A DNA stretch of 64,000 bases from the human T2T-CHM13v2.0 reference genome, Homo sapiens, in the NCBI RefSeq assembly GCF_009914755.1, contig NC_060929.1; one strand, written 5' to 3'. A model generated the notes under the pieces. The model made no database searches, was not told the origin of the DNA, and worked only from the letters and a program-made list of their open reading frames with translations. Of this stretch, positions 1 to 11,264 are shown piece by piece. A program made the position numbers and the translations under genes. Every line of letters begins with the position of its first letter. Within the stretch, counting starts at the first letter, position 1.

Positions 1-451
1 TGTGGTACTTAAATAACCAAACCTCTTTAAAAATCAATATTTTTTTCGTTTTGAGTTAGAGCAAACATTGCTTGCACCACAAGCCAATGTCAGATTTTTT
101 TTAAGTGCATTATTAAGTACAGCTTTAAACCAGAATTGGGCATGTACATCAGTTTTCAGTACGGCAGAAACTATGATGGAAATATTGGTAAGAATGAAAT
201 TGAAGTAATCATACTCAATCTATTTGTTGTCTTATTAATTTGGAATTACTTGATATTTTATCTATCTATAAACATATGTGCATATAAAATATGGATGTAA
301 AGTATAAACAAATAAAAATTTAAAAATATTTATGTCTATCACCAAAATTAGAAATACAACATTCTCAACTTTCCTAAGTCTCTGAATGTCTTCTTCATCC
401 CTCATCCTTATACTGCCTAGACATAAATGGGTTTTTGAATTTTCCATACTA

Positions 452-1760
452 TTTTAACAGCTATATTAAGATATTTACACAGCAGGCAATTCACCCATTT
501 AAAGTCTACAGCTCAATGGTTTGTAGCATATTCACTGATATGTTCTACTATCACTACAGTCAAATTTAGAACATTTTTTATCACCCTGAAAAGGAACCTC
601 ATAGCAACTAGCAATATTCCTTATTCTAGCTCCCTAGTTGCCACTCCAGATAACCACCAATCTACATTTTTTTTGAGATGGAGTCTCTTTCTGTCGCCTG
701 GGCTAGAGTATAGTGGTGCGATCTCGGCTCACTGCAATCTCTGCCTCCCAGGCTCAAGCGATTTTCCGTGTCTCAGTCTCCTAAGTAGCTGGGATTACAG
801 GCATGTGTCACCACGCCTGGCTAATTTTTACAGTATTTTTTTTAGAAACAGGATTTCACTACGTTGGCCAGGCTGGTCTCAAACTCCTGACCTCAGGTGA
901 TCTGCCCACTAGGGCTTCCCAAAATGCTGGGATTACAGGTGTGAGCCACCACACCTGGCCCACCAATCTAATTTGGTGTCTATATATTTGCCTATTCTGT
1001 ATATATCAGATAAATGAAACTATAGACTATGTGATACTTTTGTGACTGACTTTTCACTTAGCATAAATGTTTTCAAGGTTCATCTATTTTGAAGAATTTG
1101 TCAGTACTTCATTTATTTTTGTGGCCAAATAATATTAGATTGTATGAATTTACCACAGTTTATCAATTTATCTGCTGATAAATATTTAGGTTCTTTCTAC
1201 TTTTCTCTATCACTACTATGCTAAAAATGTTTGTATAGAAGTTTCTTCATGGGCATATGTTTTTATTTTGGGGGGGGTACATACCTAGGAGTTAAATTGC
1301 TAGGACAAATGGTAGCTCTATATTTAATCATTTGAGCTTATTTTTCATAGTGGCTGCACCATTTTATATTCTTAAAAGTATCGTAAGAGGATTTTAATTT
1401 CCCCACATCCTCACCAATACTTGCCATACTCTGATTTTTTGATTCTAGCCATTCTAGTGTGTGTGAAGTGGTACCTCATTGAGGTTTTGGTTTGCATTTC
1501 CCTGTTGACCAATGACATTGAACAACTTTCTTGTCTTCATCAGCCATTTATGTATCTTCTTGGGAAAATTTTCTCTTTACCTTTTCTGCACATTTTTAAA
1601 TTGAGTTAGTTGACTTTTAATATATTCAGTTGCAAAAATTTTTATACATTCTGAATATAAATTATTTATTAGAATCATGATTTTCTAATATATTCTCCCA
1701 TTCTGTAGGTTATCTTTACATTTTCTTCATGGTGTCCATTGAGGGACAAAAGTGCTTATT
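452..1760 (-). mobile_element. Old L1 (L1MB-type) 3' end fragment, interrupted by an Alu
   Basis: Typical L1MB 3' UTR/ORF2-end motifs on the minus strand (aattcacccatttaaagt, tagccattctagtgtgtgtgaagtggtacctcattgaggttttggtttgcatttccct). Boundaries approximate. Confidence 0.75.
666..960 (-). mobile_element. AluS (Sx/Sz-like), full length
   Basis: Dimeric Alu with short T tail; target-site duplication caccaatcta at 655-664 and 961-970. Confidence 0.95.
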
Positions 1761-2304
1761 GCTATGTACTTGTTCATTTGTCTAGTGACGGGCTGGATTA
1801 TTTTAGTAAGGTCTCTATTCAGGCTACTGTGTTAAGCATCTGATGTTGCTCCTTAGGGAAGCAAAGTCTTGGATATGCCCACAGTCACTATAGCAGAATA
1901 GTGGTTTTGGTAGAACTCTCTTCTTTAACCATAGGCAGATGGCTAGCCCCACCAACTGCTGCCTATTGTTCAGTTGATTTCAACAATGCTCTGGGACATA
2001 AACTGCTCTTCAACCCTACTCTAATCATATTGTGGGTCCTTTGAATGAATAACGACTGAGGTCATTGTTTTATATATATAATATTATGTAACATATTTTA
2101 TATCTATCTATACATCTATATCTATATCTATATATATTTCAGGAGGGTTACTCTCAGTTGACTTATTTCCATTTTCCCCTCCAAACCAACCAGCCTACCA
2201 CTGAGCTTGTAATCTGAATCTTCTCTTTAATTGCTTTTCATTGAAGCCTCCAGTGTTTCTTAGGGTACCTGTAGGCTTGACTTTCTCCATGCTGTATTGC
2301 AAAT

Positions 2305-2721
2305 GACAACACAAATTCACTCTCTGATAGTTTTTGAGGCCAGAAATTCAAAATCACTTTCACTGGGCCAAAGCCAGGACTGTACTGTTTCTGGAGGCCC
2401 TAGAGGATAATATGCTTTCCTGTCCCTTTCAGCTTCTAGAGCAGCTCCTTTTAGCTCATAGTCCCTTCTTCCATCTTTAAATTCAGTGCTGTAGGATCCT
2501 CTCTTTTTCACTCTGCTTCTTTCACATAATATTTTCTCTGTGTCAAATTGGCTTTACTCTTATCAGAAACTTGTGAGTGTATATTTAAGGCCCATCTAGA
2601 CAATTCAGATAATCTTCTCATCTAAAGACCTCAACCTATTCACATCTTCAAAGTCAACCTATATAACATTCCTAGGTTTCAGAGATTAGGTGGTTGATAG
2701 CTTTCAGAGGGGCCTACTACA
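2305..2721 (-). mobile_element. MLT1-type MaLR LTR remnant
   Basis: gaggccagaaattcaaaatca...ctggaggccctagagga...cagcttctagag...cagataatcttctcatct...ggcctactaca matches the MLT1 LTR layout. Confidence 0.7.
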
Positions 2722-3086
2722 GTAAGTATACTTCTATCCCACCTCCAAGAAGACTTTCAAAATGGGAGTAGTAAAATGGTCTCTTTTCCATACAGAAATA
2801 GAAGAAACATATATTTCTCCATTCTTCATCTGCAGATTCAACCCATAACACATGTAGGACACTTTTTCTTCCTAGCTCTCATCCCATTGCACTGTGGGGC
2901 TGCTGGGCACCTTAACACTGCAAAGTTAAGGTGGATGTTGATTTTATTGTGAGCATAATAGTACATTTGTCTCTGATACAAAAGCCTTATATGGGTAAGT
3001 TTAAAAATCACATTATTTATCTTGATATAAAGGCTCAACTAATCTATTTGCAAGAAATAAAAAGATAAACATATGTGGTTAGAGAT

Positions 3087-3379
3087 TTATTTTTTTGAGA
3101 CAGAGTCTTACTCTGTTGCCCAGCAATGGCACAATCACAGTTCTCACAGTTCCCTACAGCCTCAGACTCCCTGGGCTCAGGTGATCCTCCCACCTCAGCC
3201 TTCCTAGCAGCTAGGACTACAGGTGTGTGCCACCAGGCCCTGCTAATTTTTCTATCTTTTGTAGAGATGAGGTTTTGCCATGTTGCTCAGGCTGGTCTCG
3301 AACTCCTGGGCTCAAGCAATCTACTCACCTGGGCCTCCCAAAGTGCTGAGATTACAGGCATCAGCCACTGCACCCAGCC
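3087..3379 (-). mobile_element. AluJ
   Basis: Diverged dimeric Alu with J-type positions (ctcctgggctcaagcaatc, ctccctgggctcaggtgatcctcc); flanked by agagat(g)ttt on both sides. Confidence 0.9.
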
Positions 3380-3409
3380 AGAGATGTTTTAAGATAGAGC
3401 ATTTTAAAT

Positions 3410-3560
3410 GCACTGGACGTCGTGGCTCACATCTATAATTCCAGCTCTTAGGGAGGCAGAGGTGGGAGTATAGCTTGAGCCCAGGAGTTTGAGACGTGCC
3501 TGGGCAATATAGCGAGACCCCATTCTCCACAAAAAGGAAAAAAAAAAGACACACAAAAAA
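3410..3560 (+). pseudogene. BC200 (BCYRN1)-derived retropseudogene: monomeric Alu domain plus A-rich region, no 3' unique domain
   Basis: BC200-type rather than FLAM-C residues: ccagctcttaggg, tagcttgagcccagg, tgcctgggcaatatagcgagacccc, ttctcca(c)aaaaaggaaaa. TSD atagagcatttt at 3394-3405 and 3560-3571. Confidence 0.88.
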
Positions 3561-3712
3561 TAGAGCATTTTGAAAGATTTCTATGAAACACTCATATACA
3601 ATAATGTTTTGTGATCCTAAATGTCTCAAAATAGAGCGATTTATGACCAAGACTCAGCCTAGAGTGAAATTGCTGACCCCTTAGAGTGATAAGCATATGT
3701 ATGGTGGACTGA

Positions 3713-4051
3713 CGTTATAAGATAATACCTGCTGTGGCCAGGCACCCCCAAGGGCTGACAAGAAAGTGAAACCAAAAGACAGATAATGGCTATGGACACT
3801 CCAACAACTGACAACTCTTCATTCACCTTGGTTGGAGTTCCGAGGGAAAATCATAGCTACTTCCTATGATTCTTTTCCTCCACTCTCTTATTACTGTCTG
3901 TGTGTGTTGAATATATTTGCATGACGGTTGGTGTGTGAAAGCCTCTCAACAAACCATGAATTCAGAAGAATTTAATTAGCCACTGAGTCATTGTGAAACC
4001 TTCCGGCCTCCCTGTTGGAGTTAGTACAATTAGGCTGAGTCAACCCTGACA
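3713..4051 (+). mobile_element. Probable old ERVL-class solo LTR
   Basis: GC-richer block ending gccactgagtcattgtgaaacc...caaccctgaca, an LTR-like terminus. Family not determined. Confidence 0.4.
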
Positions 4052-4220
4052 CTAGAAACACTTATGCCCCTTTGGGTTGGACTTTGTATCATAGGCCCTG
4101 ATGCTGTGTCAGTCCCAAATATCTTGCAAGAATGTTTTGTTGTGCACTGGAAGAAAACACAATTTTTAGATTGAATATGCCCAGGTTTAAATCTTGACCC
4201 TCATATGCACTATTTAGGAT

Positions 4221-4583
4221 AATTGGTTCCACCGGGGTCCCGTTGCTAGAAGAGTAGGAAGTCAGTCACTGAGATAACATGTATTAGCTGGGAAGAAAGA
4301 CTTTTTTGTGGGTACTTCAGCCTAACCATTAAGTTCCTCTCCCCAGCCCTCTAAAGTTAGGGGTTTATACAACAGGGAGGGGTAAGGAAGAGTAGCTGGT
4401 CAAGAGGCATCATGAATGGCTACTTTTGCTCATCTTTTAGTAACAAATACTTAGTACACCTTTCCATAGGCAAAATATACTCATCCTTACTCAAATGAGG
4501 CAAAGCCAAAATATCTCATCTGTTCACAGCTTCAATCTCAAAATTCAAGATTTCAGTTCTATGGGAAAATTGGGCCAGTTTCA
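4221..4583 (-). mobile_element. ERV1 MER4-group (MER31-like) LTR with its interior replaced by a 144-bp locally copied segment
   Basis: aagtcagtcactgagataacatgtattagctgggaagaaagactttt near one end and cagttctatgggaaaattgggccagtttca (reverse of TGAAAC.GGCCCAATT.TCCCATAGAACTG) at the other. Confidence 0.65.
4411..4554 (+). repeat. 144-bp direct duplicate of 7692-7835
   Basis: catgaatggctacttttgctc...aaattcaagatttc present at both sites; 5 mismatches by eye. Confidence 0.97.
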
Positions 4584-6063
4584 TATATACATATAATTTC
4601 ATTTTTTCAATCATAGAGTGGTCAAGACCCTACTTTGTGAGGGTTATAGAATCAAAGAAAATGCCTGCATTTGGTACATAGTAGACAGCTAATAAAGATG
4701 GATGGTGTCATAATGTTATGTTATGGGCCGGTAAATAAAAGATGGAAAAATAGGAGATTTCATAAAGAGATCTTTGTATTAAGTATTTTTGATAATTTTA
4801 GAACCTATTAATAGTTTATACATGTATATACATGCCTATATATGTATATGTAATTGCATATTTATCTTGTATATGACATATTTCATATATAACATCTCAT
4901 TATATATCACATTTAAGATATGTAACAATCATATATGTAACATATGTTTTTAAGAAAAAAGTAGAGACACAACCCTAATTTTTATGTGAGTTTTTACATC
5001 TTGCATGTAAAATTTAAAATTTAGCAGGTTAAAATTTACATTATCTTAGTTTATTTTTCTATCAATGTTTAGAATCATCTTTATTCCTAGAGGAAATCTT
5101 TAAATGTGTTTCTGAAGACTCTCATAATAAGACTCAAGCCATATATCTTTTCACTAGGGAGTTATAGAATATTCATTCATACAATCCCTTAACTGTTCAG
5201 GAATATATATTAAGAGATAATGAATCAGTAATACACCTATTTTCATTCCTTTAAATAAATGGGTTTATATATGAAGTAAGAAAGTTATCTGTGTGAAGTA
5301 CTGAGTAATTCAAAAATTTTGACAAGTAAACTACTGTAGCATTAAAAACACAAATACAGCTAGGTCTATTCTCTTCCTGTTGTAGGTACATATATTTTTG
5401 TTTCCAAATTTAGCTAAAATTATTTTTATTTTAAGTACCTGCTTTGGCAAGTGGCTTTTTTTTTTTTTATAAGTAACACATTATAATGCCTCATCTTGGC
5501 AGGAAGCTTGAGGGGGAAATATTATAAAATTGGGAAAACAAAATGAAACTAATAAAATAATTTCAAAATTAAAGTACTGTTTTAGCCCTCAGAATTGACT
5601 GTATCTTGTGCAGAGCACAGGATGTAATTAGTGTGAGGTCCGGAACAAGTTATACACACATAATCACAATGGAGACTTTAGAATTGTTTTGAATTGGCTG
5701 TATTCCTTTTTCCTTGTGATTTTTATAAAACCAGTTATGTGCTAAATCAAGTAAATCAGTTACTGTCTATACTATAAAGTAATCATTTGGAATATATCTA
5801 ACAATGAATATTTTTCATTGCCTAGTTGGCAGGAATTGTGCAATATTACCAAAGAATGGTTGTTAAATGAAAAAGTTTGATAATGAACTTTTATGTAACT
5901 ACAAGAAATGTACTGTAAAGTTTTGGGTTAATCTACTTTATAATATTTTATATATTACATATTACTAAGTGGTCTCACCCTCTCTCCATATATACACATT
6001 ATATATATATACACATTATATACATATACATCTGTATATACACATGTATATGTATACATAGAT

Positions 6064-6116
6064 ACTTTACATATACATGTATACATATATGTGTATAGGT
6101 AATACATACATGTGTA

Positions 6117-6147
<31 letters not shown>

Positions 6148-6656
6148 ATATATATATTATAACGTTGAACTTACCAGTTTATTCTTTGGGCATTGTATCT
6201 GATAGATATATTAGACCTGGATTTAAAAAAATGTATACATATTAGTAAAATCCTATGACCTCTCCAAAAGCAAACAAACAAACAAAAACCCAACAGATAG
6301 CATAATAGACAAAAAATATACAAAACAAAATTAAAATTTATATTTTATGAGTTCAAGTTAGTATCTACATCTTATTGTTCTAAGGATCCAAATTAAAGGT
6401 GCAGATATTTTTAGAAATTTAAAAATTTCAGCAGAAATAAAAATTTTATGAACTGGATGTATATATAAGTTGGTATTTATAATCTCAAAGTTATTTATAA
6501 ATGAATCAGTAGAAGCCTGTTGGGTTTTTGTTTGTTTGTTTGCTTTTGGAGAGGTCATAGGATTTTACTAATATGTATACATTTTTTAAAATCCAGGTCT
6601 AATATATCTATCAGATACAATGCCCAAAGAACAAACTGGTAAGTTCAATGTCATTG

Positions 6657-6689
<33 letters not shown>

Positions 6690-6782
6690 TACACACACAC
6701 ACACAAACTCTCACACACACATACATACACATGTATGTATATATTACCTATACACATATATGTATACAGGTATATGTAAAGT
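6064..6782. repeat. Inverted duplication: arms 6064-6296 and 6517-6782, 220-bp spacer
   Basis: 6517-6652 is the reverse complement of 6161-6296 with ~4 mismatches; pairing continues through (TG)n/(CA)n and TA-rich tracts to actttac/gtaaagt. Confidence 0.97.
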
Positions 6783-7317
6783 GTATATGTATTATCAATC
6801 AAGTTCTGCCGCAGTCAGTCAAAATTGGTTCAATCATGGTTAATAAAATTCATTGAATTAAACTAATTTTAGTTCCTACTTCTTTTGTATAGCTCATGCA
6901 TTAAATTTTGAAGTTAACTTCCCAACATATTATACACCCATGAAATGTTATTTCTTAATTTAGTCTTAAACTTAATAGCATATAATGTCTTTAATAGGAA
7001 TAAGAGATAAATAGAAGTTACAGGGCATATACTATGTTCACATATTATTCATGGCCATAACTTCACCAGCTCTCTTATTTATTCCTTAAAATATCATTGT
7101 GAGGTGTTTAATTATTATAACATTTTGGAGAAGAACAAAAAGGTTCAGAGAGCTTTAGCAGTTTTCTGAAAATTAGACAGTATGACTGAACTGGAATTAA
7201 GACTTAGATATGTTCAATTATAAAGTTCACACCCTTTCTTCTAAACTATTTCCATTACACTTTAGAAATTGGAATCACATTCTTCAAATTATTATGCAGA
7301 AATATAAGATGGCTGAT

Positions 7318-8583
7318 TTCTGGATAGGCTAGGTTACCCTGTAGTAACAAATATTCTGATACTCTTACTGATTTAATTCAGTAGCTCATGATACGCCAAC
7401 AGAGGTTGCCTTAAGGCTTGGTTCTCTAGTTACAAAGAGACCCAGGCTAATAGAAGTTTTAATTTTCCCAGTCTTCCTTGATCACCTCAGAGGTGGGAAG
7501 AGACACGGCAAACAGTGCATCAAATTCTTAGAACTTCAGCTAGGAAATAACACATATCATGTATTCTTACATTTTCTCAGCTAAAGAAAGCCACACAGAG
7601 TCATGTATAATTTCACAGGTGGGAGAGAAGTCCAGTTCTACCAGGTGCCTGGAAAGGGGAGAGGGAGAAAAAAGCAACTATTTTATATAAGCATGAATGG
7701 CTACTTTTGCTCATCTTTTAGTAACAAATATTTACCACACCTTTCCATAGGCAAAATATACTCATCCTTACTCAAGTGAGGCAAAGCCAAAATATCTCAT
7801 CTATTCACAGCTTCAATCTCAAAATTCAAGATTTCTATGTGATATTCAGTAGCATCAACATCTGTTTCAACATAGAGGCTCTTGACACCAAGTTTTGTGA
7901 ACTCAAAAGTGAAGTTCTGTGCCCCTTGCCTATCTAATTCTCAGTGGCCAAATGGGGATAAACCATAGTAAACGGTTTCATTCTGATAGAAGAGGATGGG
8001 AACTATCTAATTTTCAGTGGCCAGATGGGGATAAACCATAGTAAACTGTTTTATTCTGATGGAAGAGGATGGGAAACACCAGCAGTTACTGCTCCTGAAA
8101 TTCTGAAATCCTGCCTAGCAGAGGTCAGGAGGACTCCTACATTGAATAAGGCAAAGTTTCTTAATTAGGTCTGAATTCTGCTCCCTTGTAGCAACCTTCA
8201 GTCTCTTGGCTGTGACCTCTGGAAGCTTTTTGTTTTTTGTTTTTCCTTCTTTGTTACCTTTCTGGGCCACATCACATCCAAAGTTGGCATCAGAAAATAT
8301 ATCCTCCTTGGGGGCTGAGCATCTTTCTCAGCTTGATTCCTGCCTGCACAAGATTTGAGATCTATAGGTCATTTTAAGGCTTAAATAATCCCAGACTTTT
8401 TGAGTGTAAGCTCATGCTTTAGGAATATAACTTTTAAAGCCTTTTTTTTTCCATTTAATTCTACTTGGTTCAATAAAGAATACTAATATAAGAGTTCCTA
8501 GGTTTACATTTTGTTTTCCTCTTTTCTTGGCCTTCATGTTTCACTTTTATCACTTAGTTTCAGTTACTTTGAGTTAATCCACC
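7318..8583 (-). mobile_element. Old MLT1 (J/K-like) LTR (~7318-7700) followed by probable MLT1-internal sequence
   Basis: ggataggctaggttaccctgtagtaacaa, gacccaggctaatagaag and aagtccagttctaccaggtgcctggaaagg are MLT1J/K-like. The internal assignment is inferred from adjacency. Confidence 0.55.
7930..8075 (+). repeat. 73-bp tandem duplication (7930-8002, 8003-8075)
   Basis: ctatctaatt(c/t)tcagtggcca...gaagaggatgggaa occurs twice head-to-tail; 5 mismatches. Confidence 0.95.
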
Positions 8584-11126
8584 TGTATTAGTCTGTTCTC
8601 ACACTGCTATGAAGAAATACCTGAGACTGGGTAATGTACAAAAAAAAGAGGTTTAATTGACTCACAGTTCTGCATGGCTGGGGAGGCCTCAGGAAACTTA
8701 CAATTATGGTGGAAGGCACCTCTTCACACGGTGGCAGGAGACAGAATAGCAGGGGAAATGCTAGACACTTATAAAACCACCAGATCTCGTGAGAACTCAC
8801 TATCACGAGAATAGCATAGGAGAAACCGTCCCCATGATTCAATTAGCTCCACCTGGTCCTGTCCTTGACACGTGGGGATTATTACAATTCAAGGCGAGAT
8901 TTGGGTGGGGACACAGAGCCAAATCATATCATTCCACCCCGGACTCCTCCCAAATCTCACGTCCTCATATTTTATTTTTTTATTTTTTGAGATGGAGTCT
9001 CACTCTGTCACCCAGTCTGGAGGGCAGTGGTGCAATCTCAGGTCACTGCAACCTCCACCTCCTGGGTTCAAATGATTCTCCTGCCTCAGCCTCCTGAGTA
9101 GCTGGGACTACAGGTGCCTGCCACAATGCCTGGCTAATTTTTTTGTATTTTTAGTAGAGATGGGGTTTCACCATGTTAGCCAGGATGGTCTTGTTCTCCT
9201 GACCTCGTGATCCACCCACCTCAGCCTCCCAAAGTGCTGGGATTACAGGCGTGAGCCACCATGTCCAGCCATGTCCTCACATTTCAAAACACAATCATGC
9301 CCTTCAAATGGTCCCCCAAAGTCTTAACTCGTTTCAGCATTAATCCAAAAGTCTGAGTCCAAAGTCTCATCTGAGACAAGGTAAGTCCCTTTTGCCTGTG
9401 AGCCTGTAAAATTGAAAGCAAGTTAGCTATATCCTAGACAAAATGGGGGTACATGCATTGGGTAAATACACCCATTCCAAATGGGAGAAACTGGCAAAAA
9501 TAAAGGGGCCACACGACCCATCCAAGTCTGAAATCCCATAGGGCAGTAATTAAACATTTAAATTCCAAAATATTCTCCTTTAGCTCCATGTCTCACATCC
9601 AGGTCACACTGATGCAAGAGGTGGGTTTCCAAGGTCTTAGGCAGCTCTGCCTCTGTGGCTTTGCAGGGTACAGACCCTCTCCCAGCCTCTTTCTCGGGCT
9701 GGCATTGAGTGCCTGTGGCTTTTTCAGGTGCAGGGTGCAAGCTGTTGGTGGATCTAAAATTCTGGGGTCTGGAGGACAGTGGCCCTCTTCTCACAGCTCC
9801 ACGAGGCAGTGCCCCAGTGGGGACTCTGTGTGGGGGCTCCAACTCCACATTTCCCTTCTGCACTGCCCTAGCAGAGGTTCTCCATGAGGGCTCTGTCCCT
9901 GCAACAAACTTCTGCCTGAGTATCCAGGATTTTTTCATACATCCTTTGAAATCTAACTGGAGGTTCCCAAACCTGAATTATTGATTTCTCTGCACCATAG
10001 GCCCAACACCACGTGTAAGCTGCCAAGGTTTGGGGCTTGTACCCTCTGAAGCCTGAGTTGTACCTTGCCCCCTTTTAGCCTCGGCTGGACCTGAAGCAGC
10101 TGGCACAGGGTACCATGTCCCAAGGCTGCATTAGAGCAGGGAGACCCTGGGCTCTGCCCATTAAACCACTTTCCCCCTCTAGTCCTCTGGGCCAGTGGTG
10201 GGAGGGGCTGCTGTGAAGTGTCTGACATGCCCTGGAGACATTTTCCCCACTGTCTTGGTGATTAACATTCAACTCCATGTTACTTCTGCAAATTTCTGCA
10301 GGCAGCTTGAATTTCTCTCCAGCAAATGGGTTTCTCTTTTGTATTACATAATCAGCCTGCAAATTTTTCAAACTTTTATGGTTTGCTTCCTCTTGCACAT
10401 TTTGCATCTTAGAAATTTCTTCCAGCAGATACCCTAAATCATCTCTCTCAAGTTCAGAGTTCCACCGATCTCTAGGGAAGGGGAAAAATGCTACCAGTCT
10501 CTTTGAGAAAGCATAGCAAGAGTCACCTTTATTCCAGTTTCCAAAAAGTTCCTCATCGCCATCTGAGACCACCTCAGCCTGGATTTCATTGTCCATATCA
10601 GTATCAGCATATTGGTCAAAGGCATTCCACAAGTCTCCGGGAAATTCCATACTTTCCCACATCTATCTTCTTCTGAGCCCTGCAAACTTTTCTAACTTCT
10701 GCCTATTACCTAGTTCCAAAGTTGCTTCCACATTTTTGGGTATCTTTACAGCAACACCCCACTCCCAATATCAATTTCCTGAATTAGTTTGTTCTCACGC
10801 TGCTGTGAAGAAATACCCAAGACTAGGTAATTTATGAAGAGGTTTAAATGACTCAGTTTCTCACGGCTAGGGAGGCCTCAGGAAACTTAAAATCATGGTG
10901 AAAGTCACCGCTTCACAGGGCGCAAGAGTGAGAATGAGTGCCAGCAGAGGAAATGCCAGACACTTATAAAACCATTAGACCTCATGAGAACTCACTATCA
11001 CAAGAACAGCATGGGAGATAACACCCCCATGATTCAATTACCTCCATGCGGTCCCGCCTTTGATATGTGGGGATTATTACAATTCAAGGTGAGATTTGAG
11101 TGGGGACACAGAGCCAAACCATATCA
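8584..11126 (-). mobile_element. Full-structure THE1 (THE1C/D-like) MaLR: LTR 8584-8931, internal 8932-10779, LTR 10780-11126
   Basis: Two direct LTRs (tg(t/a)attagt...ccaaa(t/c)catatca) flank THE1-internal sequence. ORF 10075-10662 gives the familiar THE1-int peptide (MWES...VSDGDEEL.GNW.KG.SCY...ELERDDLGYL.EEISK). Confidence 0.95.
8973..9270 (-). mobile_element. AluSc-like, inserted in THE1-int
   Basis: ttagccaggatggtc and cctgacctcgtgatcc; TSD a(c/t)gtcctca(t/c)attt at 8959-8972 and 9271-9284. Confidence 0.93.
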
Positions 11127-11264
11127 CTAACCTTTCTTGGAAAGTCTTTAGCCTCTTTTTCCTACACTATTTTGTCCAACTGAAATGATTTGCTAGGTAG
11201 CACAAACATGGCAGTGTTCCAAGACACCTTAATTCATTCAGAGGTTTTAACAGTGGGTGATGGA

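Noticed and set aside
673-1045. Alu-overlapping ORFs (also 3126, 27528, 33021-33369, 43221, 57029)
   Set aside because: These are standard Alu translations ([21 protein letters not shown]), not genes.
6064-6782. Inverted repeat read as a MITE or DNA transposon
   Set aside because: The outer ends dissolve into microsatellite, with no TSD or known terminal repeat, and arm identity is too high for the long-extinct human DNA transposons.
10075-10662. Longest ORF (195 aa) as a host gene
   Set aside because: It is the THE1-internal ORF remnant inside the provirus; neighbouring pieces (9558-9938, 9953-10228) are its frameshifted continuations.
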